A DNA stretch of 54,766 bases from an uncultured Clostridia bacterium (GCA_947626175.1 CANQRE010000001.1:1-54766), one strand, 5' to 3'; counted from the stretch's first letter, positions 36,415-44,930 are shown. A program made the numbers and translations. The notes: generated by a model from the sequence alone, not told the origin.

Positions 36415-37224
36415 TTAGTTTTTGCCTTGTATAGTTTCAGGCTGAGATATGCCTTTTGTGACAGAATAAAACTCGTCAACAACATCCACAAATTCCTTTG
36501 GAAGTTTTGTTAGCGCTTTTTGTTTTAGATCTTCATCTATGCCAAACATTGCCTCGGCCATGCTTCCAACAATGCAAGCGTTTGTGTCAGTGTCGCCGCC
36601 AAAAGAAATTGCTTTTTCAATTGCCTCAGGAAAGGAATTTGACTCAAACAAAGAAAACAGGCAAACGTCAATCGTGTCGGCGCAGGTGTAATTAAAACTT
36701 TTTAGGTCAGGCTTTTTTATTTTTAAATCAAGCTTTTGGATTATCTCACTTTTGCTCAATCCCTGATTTGCATAAAAAATTATCAGTGCAATTTTTGTTG
36801 CACAGTCCACCGCTTCTTTTGAGTTGTGAGATGGAATTGTTGCAAGGCGTGCATGTTTTTTGACATCTTCTTCAGTTGTAAAAAAGTTGCCAACGGGTGA
36901 AATTCGCATCATCGCCCCGTTGCCGTGGCTACTGCCAATTTTGTTGCTTTTTGCCCAGTTTAAAAAATTTGGCGAAAACATCGTTTTGAAATATGCAACG
37001 TTTTTTGGGATTTGCGACTGAAATTTTAACGCATATTGTTTAAGCGTTTTGGCATAATCCTTGCCGTGCAATATTGCATCGGCGATTGCAACCGTCAAAA
37101 TTGTGTCGTCACTAAAAAACGCATCATCTTCAATAATGTTTTTTATTTTCACTGTGCTGTGCTTTTGAACTTGGCCATATTCATAAATCGACCCAGCCAG
37201 GTCACCAATAATTGCTCCAAGCAT
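36415..37224 (-). CDS. ADP-ribosylglycohydrolase family protein
   Basis: 269 aa counted from the ATG at 37224 (AAGGAGAAAAACC upstream). N-terminal MLGAIIGDLAGSIYEY and C-terminal GGDTDTNACIVGSMAEA are the two metal-binding blocks typical of the ARH/DraG family. Confidence 0.8.
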   Translation of the reverse strand: MLGAIIGDLAGSIYEYGQVQKHSTVKIKNIIEDDAFFSDDTILTVAIADAILHGKDYAKTLKQYALKFQSQIPKNVAYFKTMFSPNFLNWAKSNKIGSSHGNGAMMRISPVGNFFTTEEDVKKHARLATIPSHNSKEAVDCATKIALIIFYANQGLSKSEIIQKLDLKIKKPDLKSFNYTCADTIDVCLFSLFESNSFPEAIEKAISFGGDTDTNACIVGSMAEAMFGIDEDLKQKALTKLPKEFVDVVDEFYSVTKGISQPETIQGKN

Positions 37225-37396
37225 GGTTTTTCTCCTTGCTTTCAATTTTAGCACAATCGGGCAAGAAAATCCATTCAACAAGCAAAAAAACAAATAAAGA
37301 AATCCATCAAATTTTGTTTGTTTAAATTTGCTTGACAAGCAGCGGAAGCAAGTTTTATTCTAAAAATGTTTAAATTTAGCATAAAAGGAGAGGGAT

Positions 37397-37903
37397 ATGG
37401 CTAAAGAAAAATGGGATGTTTACACCCGCGATTTCACAAAAACAAAAAAGAAGGTTTGCCGCGGCGACAAGCTTAAGGATGACGAATATCACATGGTGGT
37501 CAACGCGTGGATTGAAAATGACAAAAATCAGTTTTTGATCACTCAGCGTGTTGCAACAAAGCCGCATGGCCTTATGTGGGAATGCACAGGCGGCTCGGCA
37601 CTTGCAGGGGAGAGCGACATTGACGCTTGTGTTAGAGAAATTAAGGAAGAACTTGGCATTGACATTGACAAAACTTCGGCAAAATTTTTGGGAATGACAA
37701 CGAGATATTACAAAAATTGCCCAGACATTTTGAGAGTTTACATATTTAGGGACAACACTCCACTTAAAAACGTGACAATTCAGCAGGAAGAAGTTGCGGC
37801 GGCACAATGGGCAAGCAAAAAAACAATCTTGAAACTTATTGAAGAAAAAAAGTTTGAAGCAAATGCTTTTGTCAAAGACGCGCTTGATTGCAAAGCAAAA
37901 TAA
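37397..37903 (+). CDS. NUDIX hydrolase
   Basis: 168 aa with the NUDIX box GGSALAGESDIDACVREIKEELGI (GX5EX7REUXEEXGU). Confidence 0.85.
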   Translation: MAKEKWDVYTRDFTKTKKKVCRGDKLKDDEYHMVVNAWIENDKNQFLITQRVATKPHGLMWECTGGSALAGESDIDACVREIKEELGIDIDKTSAKFLGMTTRYYKNCPDILRVYIFRDNTPLKNVTIQQEEVAAAQWASKKTILKLIEEKKFEANAFVKDALDCKAK

Positions 37904-37975
37904 TTTTCAAACTTAATGTTAAAAAAAGCGACAAATTTTGCCGCTTTTTTTGTTTTAAATTTGTTTGTCAAGATG

Positions 37976-38551
37976 TCAAATGGAAGGGCTGTTTTTTTGT
38001 TTTTCAATATTTTCAGTCGAATTATCAAATTCAAGAAGGCTTGAGTTTTTGATTTTAATGTTTTTCAAGTTACCGTCATTAGGGAAGCCGTTAAAGTAAC
38101 ACGAAATCAGCCTTCCAATTCCATAATGCGAAACAACCAAAATGTTTTTATCTGCGTGCTTTGAGCAAATCTCATCCAAAAAATCTGCAACGCGCGAATA
38201 AGCACTTTCAAGCGTTTCGCCATATTCAGGATTGGACCAGTTTTTCATGTTCCATCTTTCATCATCTCGCTCATCAATAGGTTGCCCTTCCAGTTTGCCA
38301 TCACCGCGCTCAGTCAGCCTTGAATCATAGCAAATTTCCATATTTTTGTGAAATTTTGCAATTTCTGCCATCGTTTGGCTCGCTCGCTTGAGCGGCGAAC
38401 AAAAAGCAATGTCAATAGCCTTGTCCTTCAAAACTTCAGCAATTTCCTTTGCCTGCATAGTTCCATTTGCATTCAATGGCGAATCTATTTGCCCAGCAAA
38501 TATTTTTTTGACATTGTTGTCAGTTTGACCATGTCGAACAAACAAAAGCAT
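37976..38551 (-). CDS. Histidine phosphatase (phosphoglycerate-mutase superfamily)
   Basis: 191 aa with the RHG motif LLFVRHGQTDNN and a downstream SPLKRA. Confidence 0.85.
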   Translation of the reverse strand: MLLFVRHGQTDNNVKKIFAGQIDSPLNANGTMQAKEIAEVLKDKAIDIAFCSPLKRASQTMAEIAKFHKNMEICYDSRLTERGDGKLEGQPIDERDDERWNMKNWSNPEYGETLESAYSRVADFLDEICSKHADKNILVVSHYGIGRLISCYFNGFPNDGNLKNIKIKNSSLLEFDNSTENIEKQKNSPSI

Positions 38552-38692
38552 ATAAACCTCCTGTGTTTAAAAAAACATGTGGAATAATTAAACTTGCAAT
38601 TGACAATCTGAAAGATCAATAACCTTTAAAAATGATCTTGTGATTTCGTGATCTCTCCCTGTTTTTTTTGATTATAATACAATTTGTGGCGG

Positions 38693-38721
38693 TTGTCAAT
38701 GTTAAATGTTGCAGCTATAAT
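38693..38721 (+). promoter_or_regulatory. Sigma-70-type promoter upstream of the three-gene operon
   Basis: TTGTCA, 17 nt, TATAAT. A second TG-n-TATACT element lies near 38800. Confidence 0.5.
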
Positions 38722-38865
38722 GTTGATTGGCTTATCTTGCTTTAAATTTAAAATTGTAACAAAATTTTAGTTATTGTTAATTTGCTTTATTATAAAGATT
38801 TTGTTATACTACAAATGATAAGACTTGGTCATTTATTTTCTTGTTGTTTGATGGAGATGGCGATA

Positions 38866-40653
38866 ATGGAAAAATATAAATATATACAACTAGACGTAAA
38901 AAATAGTCAATTGCTTGGTTTAGAAAATCTTAGCAACAATTACAGAAGAGTTTTAAAAGGGGATGTCGATTTAAACACCAATATAATTTACATCTACAAA
39001 TCCACAAAAACCAAAAAAATTTATATTGGACAAACAAGCAATTTTATACAAAGGCATGCGCAACACTATAATGGCAGCGATGAAAAATTTTTAAAAGCTA
39101 AATTTGATAAAGTTATCGTGCTCTTGTCTGGATTATTCAATGGTTCGGCGTTGGATGATGTGGAGGGGCAGCTTATAACATATTTCAATGCCGATTCAGC
39201 GAATTTAAGAAAAGCCAACGTTTTATATGACAACATAGTAATTAACGGCAACAGAGGAAACAAAACTTCCGCATATTTAGAAAAAGAGAAAATTGCTTGC
39301 GACGTTGTTTTGCCGTTTTGGGAAAAGGTCCTTTATCCAAATGGATGGGTTTCGACACCGACTTTGGAGGAGTTGAAAAACAAGGCCTTAGTGAAATATA
39401 GTCCAATAAAAACGTTAACAAATGAACAAGACCAATTGATAACAGAAATCATCAAAAACCCTAAAGACAATTACGTAATCAATGGTGATGCGGGCACTGG
39501 CAAAACAGTTCTGCTAACAAATTTGGTGGCACGTCTGTTAAAAGAAAAAACAAAAATCCAGATTGGTGTTGTTGTGCAAAAGAATTGGATAAAAACAGGC
39601 CGCGAAATTTTTAAAATATTCGATATAAGCTCTAACAATTTATTGGTTGCAACCTCCACAACGATAATAAATAGTGGGAAGACTTTTGATGTCATCATTG
39701 TTGATGAGGCTCACAAATTGTCAAGAAGAGGGAACAAACAGATGAGCTCATTTAATCAAGTTTATAAAAAACAAAAATATGTCAATTGTGAATCACATCT
39801 TGAAATTTTACAAAAACTTGGCAAGCAAATTATATTGATGTATGATGTTTTACAAGCAATTCGCCCAGCCAATATTTCGAGAGACAAATTCATAAATCTA
39901 ACAAAGAATTATAGAAAAAGATTTTTGACGGCACAATTTCGAATTCAAACAACAAAAGAAAAACACTACACTGCTGAAGACTATATAAATGGAATTAAAC
40001 ACTTATTATATAAAGACACAGGATTACTTAATTCTAAATTAACTCTGTTTAACCCAAATTTTGATAGGGGTGTTTTTAATGACCATTCAGAGGAGGCATA
40101 TTTTGGTTATTATTCCACTGAACCAATTCATAATATTATGAAATGGCTTGAAGAAGACAAAATTTTTCATCCCGAACACACAAATAGGTTGCTTGCGGGT
40201 CTAGTCGAAAAATGGGGAATAAAAGACGGAAAAAACATAAACAAAAAACATTTTATTGAAGGAGATATTCAAATGCGTTGGAATTCCACTCAAAACGATT
40301 GGATAAACATAAAAGACAAAGACGCGGAAGAACAAGTTGGTTCAGTTTTCGCTGTTCAAGGAATTGATTTAAACAAGGTGGGAGTGCTTATTGGTGACGA
40401 CTTGCAAGTTAATAAAAACGGACATCTTTATGGAGAACCTAAAAATCTTTTAAATAACAATTGTAAATTTAGCAGAAAAGATATTGCAAATTTAAAAAAC
40501 AAATTTGAATTCACTTTGTTTGTATTGAACATGTACTATGTGCTTTTAACACGTGGAATAGATGGCGTAAGAATTGGTTTTTGGAAAAATGAACATTTCC
40601 AAAAATATTTGGAAGACACGTTAACTATAAAAAGTTTTAAGGAGAAGAAATGA
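38866..40653 (+). CDS. GIY-YIG nuclease domain fused to a DUF2075 (Schlafen-group-III-helicase-like) P-loop ATPase
   Basis: 595 aa counted from the ATG at 38866 (GGAG 9 nt upstream). GIY-YIG block IYIYKS-x5-IYIGQTSNFIQRHAQH (38983-39066); Walker A GDAGTGKT (39484-39507); DEAH (39703-39714); C-terminal QGIDLNKVGVLIG and LLTRGIDGVRI blocks typical of DUF2075. Confidence 0.8.
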   Translation: MEKYKYIQLDVKNSQLLGLENLSNNYRRVLKGDVDLNTNIIYIYKSTKTKKIYIGQTSNFIQRHAQHYNGSDEKFLKAKFDKVIVLLSGLFNGSALDDVEGQLITYFNADSANLRKANVLYDNIVINGNRGNKTSAYLEKEKIACDVVLPFWEKVLYPNGWVSTPTLEELKNKALVKYSPIKTLTNEQDQLITEIIKNPKDNYVINGDAGTGKTVLLTNLVARLLKEKTKIQIGVVVQKNWIKTGREIFKIFDISSNNLLVATSTTIINSGKTFDVIIVDEAHKLSRRGNKQMSSFNQVYKKQKYVNCESHLEILQKLGKQIILMYDVLQAIRPANISRDKFINLTKNYRKRFLTAQFRIQTTKEKHYTAEDYINGIKHLLYKDTGLLNSKLTLFNPNFDRGVFNDHSEEAYFGYYSTEPIHNIMKWLEEDKIFHPEHTNRLLAGLVEKWGIKDGKNINKKHFIEGDIQMRWNSTQNDWINIKDKDAEEQVGSVFAVQGIDLNKVGVLIGDDLQVNKNGHLYGEPKNLLNNNCKFSRKDIANLKNKFEFTLFVLNMYYVLLTRGIDGVRIGFWKNEHFQKYLEDTLTIKSFKEKK

Positions 40654-41948
40654 AAGAGTTTAAAGCTTTTTACAAAGTTGTCGAAGGGAAAGAAGGAGAG
40701 AGATGTCACTACTCCACAAGATTAGATACATATGGTTGCGGATGTTTCCATAATTGTAAATATTGCTATGCAAAATCTTTGCTGGCCTTTCGTGGCTTGT
40801 GGAATCCTGAAGAACCTAGTGTTGCTGATATAAAAAAGATCGAAAAAAAGATCAAAACCTTAAAAAAAGGCTCTGTTGTGAGGTTGGGTGGAATGACAGA
40901 CTGCTTTCAGCCATGTGAAGAACAACACAATGTCACTTATAACACCATAAAGTTGCTAAATGAAAGAGGTGTCCATTATTTAATTGTTACAAAATCAGAT
41001 TTAATAGCAACCGATAAATATATGAAAATTTTGGACAAAAATTTGGCTCATATTCAAATAACAGTAACAAGTACTGACGATAAAATTGCTGCGCAATATG
41101 AAAACGCAACGCCTCCAACAAAAAGAATAAAAGCCATTGAAAAACTCGGGGCCGAAGGTTTTGATGTGGCTATTAGAATAAGTCCATTTATCCCAGAATT
41201 TATTAATTTTGAAACGCTCAACAAAATCAAGTGCAAAAAAGCGATTGTGGAATTTTTGAGGGTTAACGCTTTTATTAAACGAACCTTCAATTTAGATTAC
41301 AGCTTATACACCCATAAAGAAGGTGGGTATTATCATTTGCCGTTGGAAACAAAGAAAAAGCTTTTAAAAAAAATAACTGGGTTTGAACAAATCAGTGTTT
41401 GCGAGGATTGCTCGGAAGCTTATAATTATTGGAAAAGCCATGTAAATTATAACCCAAGCGATTGTTGCAATCTTTCCTTTAATTCCTCCAAAAGTAAATA
41501 CATAGGAAACTTAAAATTGTTAAAAAACACAAAATATGGATTTTTAAGTTCGCAAAAATATTGTCCGGGCACTTCTTTGAATATAAAAAATTGGCTTAAA
41601 ACTCTTGATCCTGATGTTTGTGTTGTTTCAGGATTTCAAAGCAAACTGGAAAAAGAATTGCTTGATTTCCTTTTGCAAGAGAAGCGAAAGATAATCTTTG
41701 TGCTTTCTACTGACGTTTATGAAAAATGTCCACAAAAATTTAAAGAAGCTGTAAAAAATGGCAGCATGCTTATCATATCCCCGTTTGACACTCAACTGCG
41801 GATAAAAACCAGAAATGCTGCAAAAACAAGGAATAAATTTATTATTGAAATGGTGGACAAATTGTTTATCGGAGATTTAACATCAAACGGAATGCTTGAC
41901 ACAATGTTAAAGGACAAAACTTATTGCTTAATAGGAGAAAAAACATGA
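40650..41948 (+). CDS. Radical-SAM (SplB/COG1533 DNA-photolyase-like) domain fused to a DprA/Smf-like (SLOG-superfamily) Rossmann domain
   Basis: 432 aa. YGCGCFHNCKYCYA carries CxxxCxxC (40743-40766). The last ~115 aa read VVSGFQSKLEKELLDFLL...IIFVLSTDV...GSMLIISPF...TRNKFIIEMVDKLFIGDLTSNGMLDT, paralleling the DprA pattern SG.A.GID...V.. G.d..YP...G.liSe.p...RNRIIAGLS..vlV.E....SG.L.T. ATGA overlap with the upstream gene. Confidence 0.75.
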   Translation: MKEFKAFYKVVEGKEGERCHYSTRLDTYGCGCFHNCKYCYAKSLLAFRGLWNPEEPSVADIKKIEKKIKTLKKGSVVRLGGMTDCFQPCEEQHNVTYNTIKLLNERGVHYLIVTKSDLIATDKYMKILDKNLAHIQITVTSTDDKIAAQYENATPPTKRIKAIEKLGAEGFDVAIRISPFIPEFINFETLNKIKCKKAIVEFLRVNAFIKRTFNLDYSLYTHKEGGYYHLPLETKKKLLKKITGFEQISVCEDCSEAYNYWKSHVNYNPSDCCNLSFNSSKSKYIGNLKLLKNTKYGFLSSQKYCPGTSLNIKNWLKTLDPDVCVVSGFQSKLEKELLDFLLQEKRKIIFVLSTDVYEKCPQKFKEAVKNGSMLIISPFDTQLRIKTRNAAKTRNKFIIEMVDKLFIGDLTSNGMLDTMLKDKTYCLIGEKT

Positions 41949-42307
41949 AAAACGATCAAAATGTTGCGGTAGCCAAATGTAAGGAACTTGTTAAAAATTT
42001 TTGTAGTGAAAGAGATTGGGATCAGTTTCATAATCCAAAAGAACTTGCAATAGGCATTTCCACTGAAGCCAACGAATTGCTTCAAATTTTTAGATTTAAG
42101 TCCGAAGAAGAAATGAATGCCATGCTTAATAGTGACAAAAGAAAAAAGATCGAAGAAGAACTTGCAGATGTGTTTTACTTTGTGCTTCGTTTTGCCCAAA
42201 TGAATGACATTGACTTATATACTATATTGTCCAACAAAATAGCTGTTAATAGTCAAAAATATCCTGTTGACAAAGCCAAAGGCAGCAATAAAAAATATAA
42301 CGAGTAG
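41945..42307 (+). CDS. MazG-like / DCTPP1-type all-alpha nucleoside-triphosphate pyrophosphohydrolase
   Basis: 120 aa counted from the ATG at 41945, which forms an ATGA overlap with the upstream stop. RDWDQFHNPKELAIGISTEANELLQIF and EEELADVFYFVLRFA blocks, plus a C-terminal KYP. Confidence 0.8.
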   Translation: MKNDQNVAVAKCKELVKNFCSERDWDQFHNPKELAIGISTEANELLQIFRFKSEEEMNAMLNSDKRKKIEEELADVFYFVLRFAQMNDIDLYTILSNKIAVNSQKYPVDKAKGSNKKYNE

Positions 42308-42443
42308 TTATCGGATGAGCTAGAAAATTTTTAAACTTTCTTTTAAAAATTTGCGGGGCCAAATTTTGTTTAAAGAGCAAATATATTAAAGGGGTAACGT
42401 ATAGTAAAACTCTGGAATGGAGTTCTCTCTGCAATTAAGACAA

Positions 42444-42482
42444 AGAAACAAGCATTATGCTTTTGTTTCTTTTCCTTTTTTT
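42444..42482. terminator. Terminator closing the three-gene operon (possibly bidirectional)
   Basis: AGAAACAAGCA-tta-TGCTT(tt)GTTTCT followed by a T-rich run. Confidence 0.65.
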
Positions 42483-42550
42483 GAAATTATCTTACCATTC
42501 CACCTCTTGTCAAGCACCTTTCACGGCATAAAGTTAGCCACTATATGATT

Positions 42551-43231
42551 TTATGATTTTATAAGACTATCGAAGAATTGATAGAACTCATTAAATCTTT
42601 TTACTAAATCATCTAAAAAAATCTTAATTGGTTTTGCTTTGTAGTTGAATTTATGCGACTCGTCATCACGTAGTCTTATAACGGAAATACTAGGCTCTCT
42701 ATCGAACCCTTCAAATTGACAATCAATAATAGAATGTTTGTCGGCATTATCAAGATTGTTTAATAATTCTAGGAAATATTTATGGTCATCAAACTCTTTA
42801 AGTTCTATTTCATTATTTAAATATTGACCTATTGATTCAGGAGGATTGTTGTTTTTTCGAAATTTTTGTTTTGCTACTGAATAAAGAGTTAGACAATCTT
42901 TAACAACTTTACTTAAACCCGCTATGAATTCTTCTTTTGAATATTGACTATTAATTAATGTTTTCTGCCATATCTGATGTTTTTGTGTTGTTTCAATAAC
43001 ACTCAATGCAGTTGAAGTGTCAATAGATGGTTCATCAATTAACAGTTTCGTCTCTGACCACAATATTTTTATTTTATCATTTAAATATATCATACGACTT
43101 ACAATACCAAAATGTTTAAGTTCGAAATTAAAAAATGTATTGTATTTATCGTCTTTATATTTATCTGGTAAAAACCTCGCATTATATGTCTGCCCACCAT
43201 CTATCGAGTCAATTATTTTTATTATTTCCAA
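42551..43231 (-). CDS. Hypothetical protein co-transcribed downstream of the serine recombinase
   Basis: 226 aa with a TTG start preceded by AAGGGGG, 39 nt after the recombinase stop. No motif I can name. Confidence 0.5.
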   Translation of the reverse strand: MEIIKIIDSIDGGQTYNARFLPDKYKDDKYNTFFNFELKHFGIVSRMIYLNDKIKILWSETKLLIDEPSIDTSTALSVIETTQKHQIWQKTLINSQYSKEEFIAGLSKVVKDCLTLYSVAKQKFRKNNNPPESIGQYLNNEIELKEFDDHKYFLELLNNLDNADKHSIIDCQFEGFDREPSISVIRLRDDESHKFNYKAKPIKIFLDDLVKRFNEFYQFFDSLIKS

Positions 43232-43270
43232 AATACCCCCTTAAAACAAAAACCTAAACCGGGGTTCGAT

Positions 43271-44812
43271 TTAGGTTTTGATTGGCGGACTGCTAGGGTC
43301 TTTATACGCACCCTTTTTAATATTATTAACAGCCATTTCTGGCTGTTTTATTTCGCCCTCAACTTCTTCTATATTATCAGGTTTTGTTTTATTTGTCAAA
43401 TGCTTTTCGGTGAAGTTATAGGTTATAACTATTTTGTCATGATAAACAATAATTTCTCTAATAAAGAATCTTGTTATCATTTTGCGGATTTCCATATTTG
43501 CAATATCTCCACAAACTGTTTGCCTGAAATAATCTTTTATCAGTTCCGGAGTTAGATAAGAGTAATTTCTTTGTTTTGCTTGTTCTATATCAAAATCCAA
43601 CTGCATGATCTGATTTTCCAATTCTTTCAGTCTTATCTTTGTTTGCTCTGTAATTATTCCTTGCTCAATAGCTGAAATTAAATTGTTTGATGCCTTTAAT
43701 GCTTCACTGCGTTTTTTCTCAAGTGATTTTATTGTTGCGTTGCTTTCATTGTTTGATTGATGAAATTTACATAAATCTTTTATCAAGTTGTCTATCTCAT
43801 TGTTATCGTAAATCATCTCCCATGTTTTTTGAAATATTATGTTTTCTAAATATTCTTTTGTTATTGAAGCTGTTTGACATTGATGTTTTTGCCTTCGTTT
43901 CGACAAGCAAGAATAGTAGTGATATTCCGTTCCCCATCTATTGATTGATTTTACTCCAACCATAAATTCTTTACAATCTCCACAAATAAGTTTGCCAGAT
44001 AATACATAATTGTATCTTTCTTTTTTGCTGCCGGGTTTATGCTTATTTGAATTTCTTATTGCTTGAACGGTTTGCCAAGTTTTTTCATCAATAATTGCTG
44101 GATAAATGTTTGTATAAATTTTCTCACCATGCTGGACTATGCCGATATATTTTGTATTTTCCAAAATCTTGTAAACTCGCTTGTCATCAATATAATGTCC
44201 TCGTTTTGTTCTTATGCCTCTGTCTATTAAGTTTTTAGCAATATTTTTCCCTGTTTCGCCATTTGCAAAGCGAGTAAAAATTTCTTTTACAATTAAAGCT
44301 TCGCTTTCGTCTATTATGTTTTTCTTATCAACAACTTTGTAGCCAAATATTTGAAATCCACCTGTATATTGTCCTTTCAAATAACTTTCATTTAGTCCTC
44401 TATGAACTTTTTGTGAAAGCTCTGCTGAATAATATTGATTCATGCCTTCAAGTAAGCTTTCAAGTATAATTCCTTCTGGTGTGTCAGGTATGTTTTCCAT
44501 AGCTGATATAACTTTAACTCCATTGTTGTTTAGAGTGTGCTTGTGGATTGTTGTTTCATATTTGTTTCGTGAAAATCTATCTAACTTATAAACTAACACA
44601 TAATCCCATTGTCTTTTATTGCTATCCTTAATCATGCGTTGAAAATCTGGTCGCAAGTCATTTGTTCCTGTCATCGCACGATCAATGTAAGTATCCACAA
44701 CTAAAATATCATTATTTTTTGCAAAATCTTGACAAACTCTTAATTGTCCTTCAATAGATTGTTCTGTTTGACTATCACTTGAATATCTTGCGTAAATAAC
44801 TGCTGTTTTCAT
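43271..44812 (-). CDS. Large serine recombinase (resolvase/invertase N-domain, recombinase domain, zinc ribbon, coiled coil)
   Basis: 513 aa. Catalytic N-terminus VIYARYSSDSQ, then VYKLDRFSRN, a Cys cluster CGDC...C...C, and a long coiled-coil C-terminus. AAGGAGG RBS. Confidence 0.93.
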   Translation of the reverse strand: MKTAVIYARYSSDSQTEQSIEGQLRVCQDFAKNNDILVVDTYIDRAMTGTNDLRPDFQRMIKDSNKRQWDYVLVYKLDRFSRNKYETTIHKHTLNNNGVKVISAMENIPDTPEGIILESLLEGMNQYYSAELSQKVHRGLNESYLKGQYTGGFQIFGYKVVDKKNIIDESEALIVKEIFTRFANGETGKNIAKNLIDRGIRTKRGHYIDDKRVYKILENTKYIGIVQHGEKIYTNIYPAIIDEKTWQTVQAIRNSNKHKPGSKKERYNYVLSGKLICGDCKEFMVGVKSINRWGTEYHYYSCLSKRRQKHQCQTASITKEYLENIIFQKTWEMIYDNNEIDNLIKDLCKFHQSNNESNATIKSLEKKRSEALKASNNLISAIEQGIITEQTKIRLKELENQIMQLDFDIEQAKQRNYSYLTPELIKDYFRQTVCGDIANMEIRKMITRFFIREIIVYHDKIVITYNFTEKHLTNKTKPDNIEEVEGEIKQPEMAVNNIKKGAYKDPSSPPIKT

Positions 44813-44875
44813 ATTATTTTGTGCCTCCTTTTACAATTTTTAAATTTACTACATTTTTTGGATTGAAAACAGAAA

Positions 44876-44930
44876 GTTTACCCAAACTTGAGCCAAACTT
44901 TACCCAAGTTTTCCTAAACTTTACCCAAAC
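44876..44930 (-). repeat. Three minus-oriented copies of the TTTGGGTAAA(G/C)TTT motif
   Basis: On the plus strand: GTTTACCCAAAC (44876-44887), ACTTTACCCAAG (44897-44908) and ACTTTACCCAAAC (44918-44930), in the recombinase upstream region. Confidence 0.75.

Noticed and set aside
38782-38865. TTG-initiated 28-codon extension of the GIY-YIG/DUF2075 gene
   Set aside because: It overlaps a promoter-like TG-n-TATACT element and has no RBS. The ATG at 38866 has GGAG at the proper spacing. The exact start among 38851, 38857 and 38866 remains somewhat uncertain.
42551-43231. HEPN/Abi-type nuclease call for the 226-aa ORF, based on the LDNADKH stretch
   Set aside because: The Rx4-6H motif is not actually present (Asp in place of Arg), and nothing else supports the family. 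Left as hypothetical.
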